This document shows positions 1 through 10,518 of a DNA stretch of 64,000 bases, in pieces. The DNA lies in IMG/VR virus record IMGVR_UViG_3300006749_000011, positions 1 to 64,000 of that record; one strand, given 5' to 3'. The notes beneath the pieces are model-generated. The model did not search any database. It saw only the letters and a program-made list of their open reading frames with translations, and had not been told where the DNA came from. The position numbers and the translations under genes are program-made. The stretch is from a virus. Position 1 is the stretch's first letter. Every line of letters starts with the position of its first letter.

Positions 1-1119
1 ACTATTAACGAATCAAACCAACCAACACAACAAGAGATAGTAGCTGCACTTGGACAAGATGGCTTTGATTCATTTGTGAAAAAGTTTTCACAACCAATGG
101 CAGTTGGAAAAGCCAGAGAGCTTTTAGGCAAGTTGAAACAATTAGTTCAAAGAGTAAAAGAAAAAAGAGAGGGACCTGGCGAAACTGAACGTTTGAAAAT
201 AGGAGATAAATACAAATATGTTGGAAAAACGGACTTCGGCACCCCTAGTGAAAACGAGATTCGTATTATAGCAGGCCAATATGCCGATGGAAGATATTAT
301 TTTAAAGATCTGGAAGGGTATGAACATAAAATAAAGAATCAACTATCCACCAAAGAAGAAATTTTGAATCCAGAATTATGGCAAAAAATTGAAGACTCAG
401 AAGAACCTCCAGCTAAGCCCGAACATGAACAAAAAATTCAACAAGCTGTTGAAGAGAAAGTAGAAGAACAAGAAATTGATCTTCAAAACTCAACACCACA
501 ACAAGATCAAACTATAGTTATCGACGCGACAGAAGAAGTTATAGGAAATAAAGGCGTCTCTCCCAAAGCTAAGGAAACACTTAAACAAATGGCCGAAGAA
601 GAACTTGAAAAATTGAAAGAAGAAGGTTCGGAAACAGAACTTGATTCAATTTTGCGAGAAATTGAGGAAAAATTTAAGGGACCTCCCAACTGGCATCTAG
701 GAGTTATCGATGACTACAGACAAGACACCAAAGATAGCTTAGGTGGCAAATTACAATCGCACTTGGTAAAGCTTGCTTATGATGAATTTTCAACGTTAGT
801 CAACGAGATGTATGATTCACACAATGGCGAAGATTATGATAAAGAAATCGTCGAAACAAATCTTCCAAAAATTAAAAAGATACAACAAGAATTTAAGAAG
901 TTTGATGAAACTTTTAAAGAAAAAGCAGAGTTAATCATTCCACCACTTTGGGACGAAGAATACTTAGTTATTCACAATGAGGATGAAGTAGAGACAATCG
1001 CATCCACACAAATGTCTTGGAGTTTTAAGAACCAAATAACAGCGATATTTATACCAGGAATAAAGTCACTAGATGACTCCTTTGAAACAATAAAAGCAAA
1101 AGTAAAGACTGCAGTTTAA
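1..1119 (+). CDS. Acidic hypothetical protein, 5'-truncated
   Basis: Frame 1 is open from base 1 (TINESNQPTQQ...), so the GTG at 76 is probably not the true start; Glu/Lys-rich, no recognisable motif. Confidence 0.7.
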   Translation, partial: TINESNQPTQQEIVAALGQDGFDSFVKKFSQPMAVGKARELLGKLKQLVQRVKEKREGPGETERLKIGDKYKYVGKTDFGTPSENEIRIIAGQYADGRYYFKDLEGYEHKIKNQLSTKEEILNPELWQKIEDSEEPPAKPEHEQKIQQAVEEKVEEQEIDLQNSTPQQDQTIVIDATEEVIGNKGVSPKAKETLKQMAEEELEKLKEEGSETELDSILREIEEKFKGPPNWHLGVIDDYRQDTKDSLGGKLQSHLVKLAYDEFSTLVNEMYDSHNGEDYDKEIVETNLPKIKKIQQEFKKFDETFKEKAELIIPPLWDEEYLVIHNEDEVETIASTQMSWSFKNQITAIFIPGIKSLDDSFETIKAKVKTAV

Positions 1120-1134
1120 AAATAGGAAACAACA

Positions 1135-2472
1135 ATGGCAAAAAAAAATTATGTGATCGATACCTCGGTCTTCTTAACAGACAGCTCTTGTCTGTTCAAG
1201 TTCGGCAACAATGATTTATTCATTGCCCACAAGGTCCTCGAAGAAATTGACAAACACAAAAAACGTCAAGACTCCGTCGGGTTCCATGCAAGGCAGACAA
1301 TCAAAGTTCTCGATGAATTGCGCGAAAAAGGCTCTTTAAGCAAGGGAATTCGTCTTGGTAAGGGATTGGGTATCTTAAAGGTTGAAGAAGCTTCTAGGCC
1401 CCTTCCCGGCTCTTTATCAATGAAAGTTCCGGACCATCAAATTCTTGGCGTTGCTCTTGCTGTACAAGAACAGTTTCCAAAACGAAAAACTATCATGTTA
1501 TCTCGAGATATCAACATGCGAGTCATTGCTGATGCTTGTGGTTTAATATCTGAAAGTTATGAAACTGAAAAGGTAATTGAAAATGCCGAAAAGATTTATG
1601 CTGGATTTATTGAAATTGTTGTTGATGATGAATTGATAGAACAATTTTATAACGACGAAGAAGTTTTCTTTGATGAGTTATTTCAACAAGAAAAAAAGAT
1701 CAAACTATATCCAAATCAATTTCTTATATTGATATCTTCATCAAATCCAAAGAAATCAGCTCTTGCAAGATTTGTTCTTGATGAAAAACCTATAGAGAAA
1801 GTAAGAGATGACTATGCTAATTTGACTATGGGAATCTTTCCAAGAAACAAAGAACAAAAGTTCTCTTATGACTTGTTATTTGATGATTCAATAAAGTTTG
1901 TTTCTTTGATTGGAAAAGCTGGATCTGGAAAGACTCTTATGGCAATTGCAGCTGGAATGGAACAGACTCTCTCCTTAAACCCTAAAAACAATAAGTATCG
2001 AAAAATTGTTGTGTCCCGACCAGTTCAACCCCTCGGAAAAGACATTGGGTTCCTACCGGGGACAATGCACGATAAGATGATGCCTTGGTTGATGCCAATT
2101 CAAGATAACATGGAAACCATTTTAGGTAAAGATAACGTGTACTTAGCTGAATATGTTGAAAGAGGCAAGATACAAATTGAAGCCTTGACGTATATTCGAG
2201 GTCGTTCCATAAACAACGCCTTTATAGTTATTGATGAAGCACAAAACCTTACAGCACATGAGGTTAAAACCATCTTGACTCGTGTTGGAGAAAATACAAA
2301 GATTGTTCTTACAGGTGACATCGAACAAATTGATAATATCTATACAAATGAAACATCAAACGGTTTAACATATGCTGTTGAGAAATTTAAATGCCATGAT
2401 ATATCAGGACACATAACGTTCTTAAAAGGTGAACGTTCAAGATTAGCAACAATTTCTTCAAAAATTCTTTAG
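1135..2472 (+). CDS. phoH: PIN-domain PhoH-family ATPase
   Basis: N-terminal PIN motif (VIDTSV...LEEID...D...SRD), Walker A GKAGSGKT, GFLPG, YIRGRS, DEAQN, GDIEQID. Confidence 0.95.
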   Translation: MAKKNYVIDTSVFLTDSSCLFKFGNNDLFIAHKVLEEIDKHKKRQDSVGFHARQTIKVLDELREKGSLSKGIRLGKGLGILKVEEASRPLPGSLSMKVPDHQILGVALAVQEQFPKRKTIMLSRDINMRVIADACGLISESYETEKVIENAEKIYAGFIEIVVDDELIEQFYNDEEVFFDELFQQEKKIKLYPNQFLILISSSNPKKSALARFVLDEKPIEKVRDDYANLTMGIFPRNKEQKFSYDLLFDDSIKFVSLIGKAGSGKTLMAIAAGMEQTLSLNPKNNKYRKIVVSRPVQPLGKDIGFLPGTMHDKMMPWLMPIQDNMETILGKDNVYLAEYVERGKIQIEALTYIRGRSINNAFIVIDEAQNLTAHEVKTILTRVGENTKIVLTGDIEQIDNIYTNETSNGLTYAVEKFKCHDISGHITFLKGERSRLATISSKIL

Positions 2473-2500
2473 TTTGACAAAAAAAGATTCTATTTAAGCC

Positions 2501-2529
2501 TTGACAAATTTATTCCATTGTGTTATAAT
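2501..2529 (+). promoter_or_regulatory. Sigma70-type promoter with extended -10
   Basis: TTGACA (2501-2506), 17-bp spacer, TG-T-TATAAT (2524-2529); GGAG RBS before ATG 2553. Confidence 0.9.
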
Positions 2530-2552
2530 TATAATACTACTTTGGAGAATAA

Positions 2553-3224
2553 ATGAACTGGTTAGAAGAATCCGTTAAAAAGTCAAAAAAACTAAAGGAT
2601 CATTATATGCTAGGTGATGTTAACATATACGTCAAAGATCAACTTCCTGAGAATGTTGATATTGATTTTGTTATTCGTTATGTTGCTAAGCGTTTACCTA
2701 ACCATGTTTTAACCAACATAGACATTATTTATGTTGGTCACTTTCAAGATCTTGTTGATCGAGATGTTAACGCTTTGTGGCAAAACGGAGCAATTTATAT
2801 TACAAATGAACAAGACAATGAAATGGATATGATCGATGATTTAATTCATGAGATTGCTCACTCAAATGAAAAACAACATGAACAAATTATCTATGAAGAT
2901 GGAAAGCTTGAAAGAGAGTTTTTGGTCAGAAGAAAGAAAATAGCGTTTATCCTAAAAGATAAAGGTTATAATTTACCAACAGGCTTTATTTATAACTCAG
3001 CTTATGATAAGTTAGTTGATGACTTTCTCTATCAAGAAGTTACTTACGAAACCCTTTGGCAATTAGTCCCTGGGATCTTTCCTTCACCTTATGCTGTTAC
3101 CTCTTTAAGAGAGTATTGGGCAAAAGGATTCGAACAGTTTTATATGGGAGAACAAGAATCTCTTAGAAAAACCTCACCAGTTTTATTTTCCAAGTTGATG
3201 CAATTATATAACTTGGAGGATTAA
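2553..3224 (+). CDS. Zincin-like metallopeptidase-fold protein
   Basis: HEIAH (HExxH) plus downstream REYWA glutamate, the usual third zinc ligand. Confidence 0.6.
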   Translation: MNWLEESVKKSKKLKDHYMLGDVNIYVKDQLPENVDIDFVIRYVAKRLPNHVLTNIDIIYVGHFQDLVDRDVNALWQNGAIYITNEQDNEMDMIDDLIHEIAHSNEKQHEQIIYEDGKLEREFLVRRKKIAFILKDKGYNLPTGFIYNSAYDKLVDDFLYQEVTYETLWQLVPGIFPSPYAVTSLREYWAKGFEQFYMGEQESLRKTSPVLFSKLMQLYNLED

Positions 3225-3997
3225 TGCATATTTCATATTCAGAACTTAAAACATGGGCAGATTGCGCATGGAAACACAAACTTATCTACATCGAGAAGGT
3301 TAACAAATTCGTTGGAAACGAATATACAGCTTTTGGTAGAGCCTTGCACCTATTGTGTGAACACGCAATAGAAGAAAAGATACAAGATGAGGATTATGAT
3401 GACTTTTTTGAGTTAGCTTTTGAAAAAGAGTTGATGGATCTCATGAGAAAAAATGTTGAATTAAATCAACAAATGACTGATGACATGCTTGGTCAAGCAA
3501 GACGAATAGCACCTCAAATTATTCCACAAGTAATCAATAAGTTTGAAAACTATGAAGTGTTCTCAGTTGAAGAAAGACTTTACCTTGATATTCCTGAGCT
3601 TGAAGATTGTAAGTTCAAGGGGTTTATAGATTTAGTTTTGAAAACAGATGATGGCAAATATCATGTTATCGATTGGAAAACTTGTTCTTGGGGTTGGGAT
3701 GCAAAAAAACGTTCTGATAGATATGTCACTTATCAATTGACTCTTTATAAAAAATTCTTTTGCTTAAAGCACGACATTGATCCAAAACTAGTTGAAACCC
3801 ATTTCGCTCTTTTAAAAAGAACAGCAAAAAAAGATAATGTTGAGATTTTTCGTGTTACCTCTGGTCCTCGTAAAGTTAAAAATGCAACTGACCTTCTGGT
3901 AAAGGCAGTGAAGTCAATTTATAACAAAGCACATTTCAAAAACAGAGGGTCGTGCACTTATTGTGAATTTAAGAATACTGAGCACTGCCCAAGATAA
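3224..3997 (+). CDS. PD-(D/E)XK nuclease, Cas4/RecB-like
   Basis: ISYS...C at the N-terminus, GFID...IDWKT, YQLxxY, and C-terminal CxxC...C (Fe-S staple pattern). Confidence 0.9.
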   Translation: MHISYSELKTWADCAWKHKLIYIEKVNKFVGNEYTAFGRALHLLCEHAIEEKIQDEDYDDFFELAFEKELMDLMRKNVELNQQMTDDMLGQARRIAPQIIPQVINKFENYEVFSVEERLYLDIPELEDCKFKGFIDLVLKTDDGKYHVIDWKTCSWGWDAKKRSDRYVTYQLTLYKKFFCLKHDIDPKLVETHFALLKRTAKKDNVEIFRVTSGPRKVKNATDLLVKAVKSIYNKAHFKNRGSCTYCEFKNTEHCPR

Positions 3998-4021
3998 AAT
4001 AAAAAAAATATAAAAAAAAAC

Positions 4022-4050
4022 TTGACAAAGTAAAACTAACGTGTTATAAT
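4022..4050 (+). promoter_or_regulatory. Sigma70-type promoter heading the glycan operon
   Basis: TTGACA 4022-4027, 17 bp, TGT-TATAAT 4045-4050; A-tract (UP-element-like) at ~3995-4020; GAGG RBS before TTG 4072. Confidence 0.9.
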
Positions 4051-4071
4051 AGTAATAAAAAGAGGTGACCT

Positions 4072-5316
4072 TTGTCAAAAATAAAAATATTAACACTTTC
4101 CGACCACCCTCTATCACCTTCCGGCGTTGGAACTCAAACGAAGTATTTCTGCGAGTCCCTTCTTAAAACCGGAAGGTATTCTATTATTAGCATGGGTGGC
4201 GCTATAAAACATCAAAATTATAATCAAGTTCTTGTTGACCCATATGGAGAAGATTGGAAAATAATTCCTGTCGATGGTTATGGAACACAAGAAATGATTC
4301 GCTCAATTATAAGACTAGAAAAGATTGAACTTATCTGGTTTATGACTGACCCCCGATTTTGGGGCTGGCTTTGGGAGATAGAAAATGAAATTCGTCCATT
4401 ATGCAAGATGGTTTACCATCATGTGTGGGATAATTATCCCTATCCTTATTTTAACAGGGACTATTACTTATCTAACGACCATGTGGTTAATATTTCGAAA
4501 CTTACTCATGATATTGTAAAAACAGTAGCACCAGAAGTTTCATCTACATACTTGCCACACTCAGTTAATCCAGATATTTTCAAGCCTTTGAGTGACCTTC
4601 AGATTGAAGAGATACGTACAAGTTCTCTACAAGAAGAAGATCGTTCAAAGGTTATTTTCTTTTGGAATAACAGAAATGCTAGGAGAAAACAATCTGGGAC
4701 TCTTATATGGTGGTTTAAAGAGTGGCTTGACAAAGAGGGCCTACATGATAAATCAAGCCTTATAATGCACACTGAACCTAAAGACCCTCATGGACAAGAT
4801 TTAGAACATATTATAGAACATCTAGGTCTAAATGATAGGCAAGTAATGCTCTCAACTCAAAAGATACCACCAGAAAGCTTAGCTCAAATTTATAATATGG
4901 TTGATTGTACAATTAATATATCAGACGCTGAAGGTTTTGGCTTAGCTACATTAGAGTCTTTATCTTGTGGTACTCCAATTGTTGCCACAATGACCGGCGG
5001 GCTTCAGGAACAAGTCACAGATGGAGAAAGTGAATTTGGTATTGGCCTCTACCCGAGAACCAAATCTGTCATTGGCTCTCAAGCAGTTCCCTACATTTAT
5101 GAAGATAGGGTAGACAAAGCACAATTTCACTCTGCTTTATCTAAGATATACAAAATGGGTAAAGAAGAAAGACGAAAGCTTGGGACTCTTGGTAGAGAAC
5201 ATGTTGAGAAAAATTACAATTTTAACAAACTACAAGAAAAGTGGGTTGAAATAATTGACAAAATTATAAAAAAAGAAGAAAGTTACAACGGAATTAGATT
5301 CAAGGAGGTTGCATAA
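4072..5316 (+). CDS. Glycosyltransferase, GT4 (GT-B)
   Basis: N-terminal SGVG loop, RNxxRK, EGFGLxxLESxxCG motif. Confidence 0.9.
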   Translation: MSKIKILTLSDHPLSPSGVGTQTKYFCESLLKTGRYSIISMGGAIKHQNYNQVLVDPYGEDWKIIPVDGYGTQEMIRSIIRLEKIELIWFMTDPRFWGWLWEIENEIRPLCKMVYHHVWDNYPYPYFNRDYYLSNDHVVNISKLTHDIVKTVAPEVSSTYLPHSVNPDIFKPLSDLQIEEIRTSSLQEEDRSKVIFFWNNRNARRKQSGTLIWWFKEWLDKEGLHDKSSLIMHTEPKDPHGQDLEHIIEHLGLNDRQVMLSTQKIPPESLAQIYNMVDCTINISDAEGFGLATLESLSCGTPIVATMTGGLQEQVTDGESEFGIGLYPRTKSVIGSQAVPYIYEDRVDKAQFHSALSKIYKMGKEERRKLGTLGREHVEKNYNFNKLQEKWVEIIDKIIKKEESYNGIRFKEVA

Positions 5317-6551
5317 TGAAAAAGAAAGTATATATTAAAGCACCAATTTTATCACAATCAGGATATGGAGAACAATCTAGATTTGCTTTGAGAGCCCTTA
5401 AGAGCAGAGAAGACCTTTTTGATATCTATATACAACCTATATCTTGGGGTAAAACTGGATGGATTTGGAAAGACAATGAATTTAGACAATGGATGGATTC
5501 TAGAATTAAAATAACTCAAGAGTTGCTTTCTCAAAAATCCTTGACTCCTGAAATTAGTTTGCAAATAACAATTCCAAATGAGTTTGAAAAATTATGTCCT
5601 GTTAATATTGGCTATACCGCTGGTATTGAAGCGACTAGGTGCTCACCCCAATGGTTACCAAAGTGCAATGAAATGGATAAAGTGTTAGTTGTTTCTAATC
5701 ACGCAAAAACATCCATTATAGACACAGTTGCAAACGCAAAAAACAATCAAACTGGTGAAGAGTTCCCATATAAATGTGAAACCCCTGTTTCTGTTGTGTG
5801 GGAAAACACTGAAAGACATGACCCTGAGCCCTTGGAACAACTAGAATTGGAATATAACAATAATTTCTTAGTGGTTTCGCAACTTGGTCCAAGAAAAAAT
5901 TTTGAAAACACTGTCTGCTGGTTCGTTGAAGAGTTTATTGATCAAGAAGTAGGATTAGTTGTTAAAACTAACTTTAAGTCAAACTCAGTAGGTGATTTCT
6001 CAAAAGTAGAGGAGCACCTCAAGGCTTTACTTAAAAACTACAAAAATAGAAAATGTAAAGTTTACCTGTTACATGGTGACCTAACTGAAGGACAAATGAC
6101 CACTTTGTACACGCACCCTAAGATATCTGCTTTGATTAACATATCTCATGGTGAAGGTTTTGGCTTACCAATGTTTGAAGCTGCGAGAGAATCCTTGCCC
6201 ATCATCACAGTAGGGTGGTCCGGCCAGCTTGATTTTCTCTGTCATAATGGAAAAGAATATTTTCAATCTGTAGATTTTTCATTACGACCAATTCAAGACC
6301 AAGCTGTTTGGAATGGTGTTTTAGAAAAAGATTCTATGTGGGCTTTCGCAGACCAAGGTTCTTATAAAATGGCTTTAAGATATACCTTAAAAAATCTAGA
6401 CAAAGCAAGAGAACAGGCACTAGAATTACAAAAGAAAGTAAAAGATGAATTCTCAAACGATAAACTGTATAAACTGTTTATAGATGAAGTGTTGGGGTTT
6501 GACTCCTCTGTGATAAAACCTGAAGAAGAAGTGGTACTGGAGTTTGAATGA
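5316..6551 (+). CDS. Glycosyltransferase, GT4 (GT-B)
   Basis: SGYG, RKN, GEGFGLPMFEAA motif. Confidence 0.9.
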   Translation: MKKKVYIKAPILSQSGYGEQSRFALRALKSREDLFDIYIQPISWGKTGWIWKDNEFRQWMDSRIKITQELLSQKSLTPEISLQITIPNEFEKLCPVNIGYTAGIEATRCSPQWLPKCNEMDKVLVVSNHAKTSIIDTVANAKNNQTGEEFPYKCETPVSVVWENTERHDPEPLEQLELEYNNNFLVVSQLGPRKNFENTVCWFVEEFIDQEVGLVVKTNFKSNSVGDFSKVEEHLKALLKNYKNRKCKVYLLHGDLTEGQMTTLYTHPKISALINISHGEGFGLPMFEAARESLPIITVGWSGQLDFLCHNGKEYFQSVDFSLRPIQDQAVWNGVLEKDSMWAFADQGSYKMALRYTLKNLDKAREQALELQKKVKDEFSNDKLYKLFIDEVLGFDSSVIKPEEEVVLEFE

Positions 6552-8158
6552 AAAAAATAGTCTTTATAGCTGACTTTTTTGAACACCAAGTTCAAGGAGG
6601 AGCAGAAATATGCGACAGTGTCTTGATAAAAACACTAAAAGAGATGGGTTGCAAAGTTGCAACCTTTAATTGTAATGAGTTTGGTGTTAAACATTTGGAA
6701 CTTTATCTTAACAATGGGTATAACTTCATAGTATCCAATTTTATGCTACTTCATGAGCATGTAAAAAGAAGATTAGAAGCAGTTGGTCATAGATATGTTA
6801 TAATGGAGCATGATCATAAATACATAACTAATAAAAACCCTGCACAATTCAAAAATTTCATTGCTCCCAAACATAACCTAATGAATGTGTCTTTCTACAA
6901 AGCAGCAAAAAGAGTACTATGTCAAACATCCAAACACCAAGAAGTGTTACAAAAAAACTTAGAGATATCAAATGTGGAGTCTCTAAGTTTTTCTCTTTGG
7001 TCTGACGAGCAATTAGACTTTTTAAGAAGTGTAGATACAACAAAAAACGGCAAAGCTTTTATTATGAAAGACCCAAATCCTATAAAAGGCTTACATAAAG
7101 CAGAAGAGTATTGTAAAAAAAACAACATTGAATATGATTTGATAGACAAACTTCCATACAAACAATTTATAAAAACTTTGGCAAAATATGAGAAGTTTGT
7201 TTTTTTTCCTACTTCTCTAGAATCATTCTCAAGAGTTATACTAGAGGCAAGGATGCTAGATTGTAAACTATTGACAAACAATCTCAATGGTTGTACATAC
7301 GAAGAATGGTTCAAAAAATATAAGGGTAAAGAGCTGATTAATTTAGTTCAATCCCAAAGACAAAGTGTAGCGGGTAGAATACTAGATTATTTGTTTAAAC
7401 ATGAAGAAACAAAAGATGGAGATGTAACCGTTATTCTTAATTGCTACAGAAGACCATACAATCTAAAAATGCAAATTGAAGCAATAAGAAATCAAACTGT
7501 CAAACCAAAGCAAATATGGCTTTGGATAAATCATCATGAAGATAATGAAGGTTTTGACTTTTCTGATATAGAAGCTGATAGAGTGTTTAAGAATGATTAC
7601 AACTGGAAGTTCTACGGCCGTTTCGCAGCTGCGTTATTAGCAGATACAGAATTTGTAGCAATGTATGATGATGATACAATTCCTGGAGCAAAATGGCACA
7701 ATAACTGCCTTGAAACTATGAAGACCCATGAGGGTATACTTGGTTCTGCTGGGGTCATTCTAAACGGTTCTAGGTACATGCAACACGATAGATGTGGTTG
7801 GCCCACAAGAAATGAAAAGGTGACACCTGTTGACCTTGTTGGACATTCTTGGTTTTTCAAAAGAGAGTGGTTAAGATACCTATGGCAAGAAAAACCTATT
7901 ACTTGGGATAACGGAGAAGACATACAATTTGGATTTATGGCAAAGATACATGGAGGAATACAAACATATTGCCCACCACATCCTGCTGATGATAAATCCA
8001 TGTATGGATCAATCCTTGGAAACGAATTAGGTATTGATGACAAAGCTACATCAAATAATAAAACTGTTTCACACCAACAATTCTTTTCTGAAAGAGATGA
8101 GTGTGTACAAGAAGGATTGAAAAAAGGGTGGAAAACCGTTAGAGGTGTTAAGCTGTGA
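6548..8158 (+). CDS. Two-domain glycosyltransferase (GT-B-like N-terminus + GT2/GT-A C-terminus)
   Basis: GGAE and ESFSRVILEA in the N-half; VTVILNCYRR, DDD and GED in the C-half. Confidence 0.8.
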   Translation: MKKIVFIADFFEHQVQGGAEICDSVLIKTLKEMGCKVATFNCNEFGVKHLELYLNNGYNFIVSNFMLLHEHVKRRLEAVGHRYVIMEHDHKYITNKNPAQFKNFIAPKHNLMNVSFYKAAKRVLCQTSKHQEVLQKNLEISNVESLSFSLWSDEQLDFLRSVDTTKNGKAFIMKDPNPIKGLHKAEEYCKKNNIEYDLIDKLPYKQFIKTLAKYEKFVFFPTSLESFSRVILEARMLDCKLLTNNLNGCTYEEWFKKYKGKELINLVQSQRQSVAGRILDYLFKHEETKDGDVTVILNCYRRPYNLKMQIEAIRNQTVKPKQIWLWINHHEDNEGFDFSDIEADRVFKNDYNWKFYGRFAAALLADTEFVAMYDDDTIPGAKWHNNCLETMKTHEGILGSAGVILNGSRYMQHDRCGWPTRNEKVTPVDLVGHSWFFKREWLRYLWQEKPITWDNGEDIQFGFMAKIHGGIQTYCPPHPADDKSMYGSILGNELGIDDKATSNNKTVSHQQFFSERDECVQEGLKKGWKTVRGVKL

Positions 8159-9339
8159 AAAGTAATATCAAATTTATAAACCACGCTTGTTTTTTAATTG
8201 AAAATGATGACGGAGATGTGCTGTTTGATCCGTGGTTTTTTGGTAAAGTTTTTAATAATTCTTGGAGCTTGTTGAGAGAAACAGAAGACATTGATTTAAG
8301 CAATGTGAAGTACGTAATATTTACACACGAACATCCAGACCATCTACATTGGCCTACATTAAAAAAAATATCCAACAACAGTAGACATAAAATAAATGTC
8401 TTAGTTCCACTTAGAGAAAACAAAAACATTGTTGAAAATATTAGAAAACTAGGATGCAAATGTGCTGAAATTCCAAATAATTTAGAAGTTAAATTGGGCA
8501 ACTTTATGCACATAACAAATTATACCACTGGTCATGATTCAGCTTATGTCTTTAAAATAAATGATAAGGTTTATTTAAACCAAAATGATTGCCAGTTAAG
8601 TAATAAACAATGTGAAACAATATCTAAAAAATATCCAAATATTGATTTTTGGATGATACAATTTTCACTAGCTGGATATTACGCTAACGAAGCTGACCAT
8701 GAAGGACTCCAGAGAGCGAAAGATTTTCACATAAATATGATAAAAAGTTATCACAATTTTTTTAAACCACGGATTACTATTCCTTTCGCTAGTTTTGTAT
8801 TTTTCTGCAAGAAACACAATTCTTTTTTAAACAAATGGATAATAGACATAGAAGAGATAGGCAGTAAACTTAATGAAGTTGAAATACAAATTTTATTTTA
8901 TAACGATGAAATAAAAGATAACGACTATGACGAAAGAAATAATATAAACAAACAGAGATGGAACAAGGTTTTTAATAATAAAAAAGAAATTATCGAACAC
9001 CAGACAAAAACCGATGAAGAAATATTATTTGAGAGTGGAAAGTTTATCGATCTAGCGAACTCTAAAAATGGATACAAGCCTGGTTTGCTTTTTCTTGATC
9101 TTTACGACAAAACTAAAAGATACAAACTTGATCTAACAAATAGAGTCGCAAAATTTGTTGAAAAACAAGAACAGGATGATGCAAATGTTGCTGGAAAACT
9201 ACATTCCGAAGAGCTACTGTTTTTTTTAAGATTTCCATGGGGAGCTGACACTTTAAATATTACTTCTTGTTTTGAAATAAAAAATGAGGAACTTTGGAAA
9301 AACATACTACACTTTAAGGATCACTTATATGAGAGATAG
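8155..9339 (+). CDS. Metallo-beta-lactamase-fold protein (UlaG/CMP-Neu5Ac-hydroxylase-like)
   Basis: NHACF...DPW, THEHPDH metal motif, HDS, NQND, IPFAS. Confidence 0.75.
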   Translation: MKSNIKFINHACFLIENDDGDVLFDPWFFGKVFNNSWSLLRETEDIDLSNVKYVIFTHEHPDHLHWPTLKKISNNSRHKINVLVPLRENKNIVENIRKLGCKCAEIPNNLEVKLGNFMHITNYTTGHDSAYVFKINDKVYLNQNDCQLSNKQCETISKKYPNIDFWMIQFSLAGYYANEADHEGLQRAKDFHINMIKSYHNFFKPRITIPFASFVFFCKKHNSFLNKWIIDIEEIGSKLNEVEIQILFYNDEIKDNDYDERNNINKQRWNKVFNNKKEIIEHQTKTDEEILFESGKFIDLANSKNGYKPGLLFLDLYDKTKRYKLDLTNRVAKFVEKQEQDDANVAGKLHSEELLFFLRFPWGADTLNITSCFEIKNEELWKNILHFKDHLYER

Positions 9340-10144
9340 AAACTATAAAAAAGAATTTGATAAAATGCTTGAGCTTGTAAAAGGAGATGAAGGTTTTTCT
9401 TTTGCAAGATTTTCCGATGGAGAAAGAACAGTAATGTTTAACAAGAAGCTAGTAATAGCAGAAAATTATTTTATCCAAGAAGATGTTTATGGAGATAGAA
9501 AAATTTCCGCACCAAGACCATATCTAGCAGAAGAAAGAAAAGAGTTTGATCCTAAAAAACACCACTTTTATCATAAAAAATTACTAGAAGCGTATAGGTT
9601 CAATAAAAAAAATTACTTTAAAGGAATTTGTGGAGCAAACGAAACAGAATTTGGACCATGTCACAAAATCATGCTTGACTTGCATGGAGGAGATAATGAC
9701 TCTTTGACATATTCAAATGTTCTACAAAATGGAAACTACTCAGATTTTATAGAAAGGATGGTGCCTGAGTTCAGCTCACAAACAGTATTTTTTGTTTCAA
9801 ATAGAAATTCAAATGTTGATAACTTGCCTTTTGATGTAGAGAGGTTTTTTCCAATTGGTAACAACTGTATGATAAATGATTATAAGCTTGTGGACGAGAT
9901 AAAAGAATTTATACAAAAGGAAAATGTAAAAAACTCTTTATTTTTGTTCTCAGCTGCCACACTTAGCAATTTTTTGTGTTATGAGTTATATAGCGAATTT
10001 GATGATAACAAGTATATGGATATTGGTTCTACTTTGGGGCCTCTTCTTTCTTTAAAAGGTTGGATGAATTCTAGAAATTATTTATTATCATATTGGTATG
10101 GACAACCTGGGCACCATATCAAGCAGGAGGATGTATGGAGCTAG
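9329..10144 (+). CDS. GT-D fold (DUF1792-like) glycosyltransferase
   Basis: FARFSDGE and DIGS resemble GT-D RFGDGE / DIGH; start moved to ATG 9329 (AAGGA RBS). Confidence 0.6.
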   Translation: MRDRNYKKEFDKMLELVKGDEGFSFARFSDGERTVMFNKKLVIAENYFIQEDVYGDRKISAPRPYLAEERKEFDPKKHHFYHKKLLEAYRFNKKNYFKGICGANETEFGPCHKIMLDLHGGDNDSLTYSNVLQNGNYSDFIERMVPEFSSQTVFFVSNRNSNVDNLPFDVERFFPIGNNCMINDYKLVDEIKEFIQKENVKNSLFLFSAATLSNFLCYELYSEFDDNKYMDIGSTLGPLLSLKGWMNSRNYLLSYWYGQPGHHIKQEDVWS

Positions 10145-10518
10145 TACAGTGTGAAGAAAAGTATTGGGAAGATGTTAGACTACTAAGAAATATGGATGGA
10201 GTAAAACAAGGCTTCATACAACAAGAAGAAATTACTCCTGAACAACACATAACTTATATGAAAAAAAATAGTAATTTTTTTTATATTTGTGTTGACAAAG
10301 AAGAATTTTTAGGGTATACTGGAGTTATTAATAAAGACATACGTGTTGCTACCCACCCTAAGCATCAAAAAAAAGGTGTTGCTAAATTTATGATTAATGA
10401 AATAATGAAGATACACCCTGATGCTTTTGCAAAAGTTAAGCTAGAAAACAAAGCCAGTTTGAAACTTTTTGAGTCTTGTGGTTTTAAAAAGAAATTTTAT
10501 ATACTGGAGAAAGAATGA
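10135..10518 (+). CDS. GNAT N-acetyltransferase (PseH-like)
   Basis: QKKGVA acetyl-CoA motif, NxASxxLFExxGF; start moved to ATG 10135 (AGGAGG RBS). Confidence 0.85.
   Translation: MELVQCEEKYWEDVRLLRNMDGVKQGFIQQEEITPEQHITYMKKNSNFFYICVDKEEFLGYTGVINKDIRVATHPKHQKKGVAKFMINEIMKIHPDAFAKVKLENKASLKLFESCGFKKKFYILEKE

Noticed and set aside
3224-3997. CRISPR-Cas locus
   Set aside because: Only a Cas4-like nuclease; no repeat-spacer array or other cas genes seen
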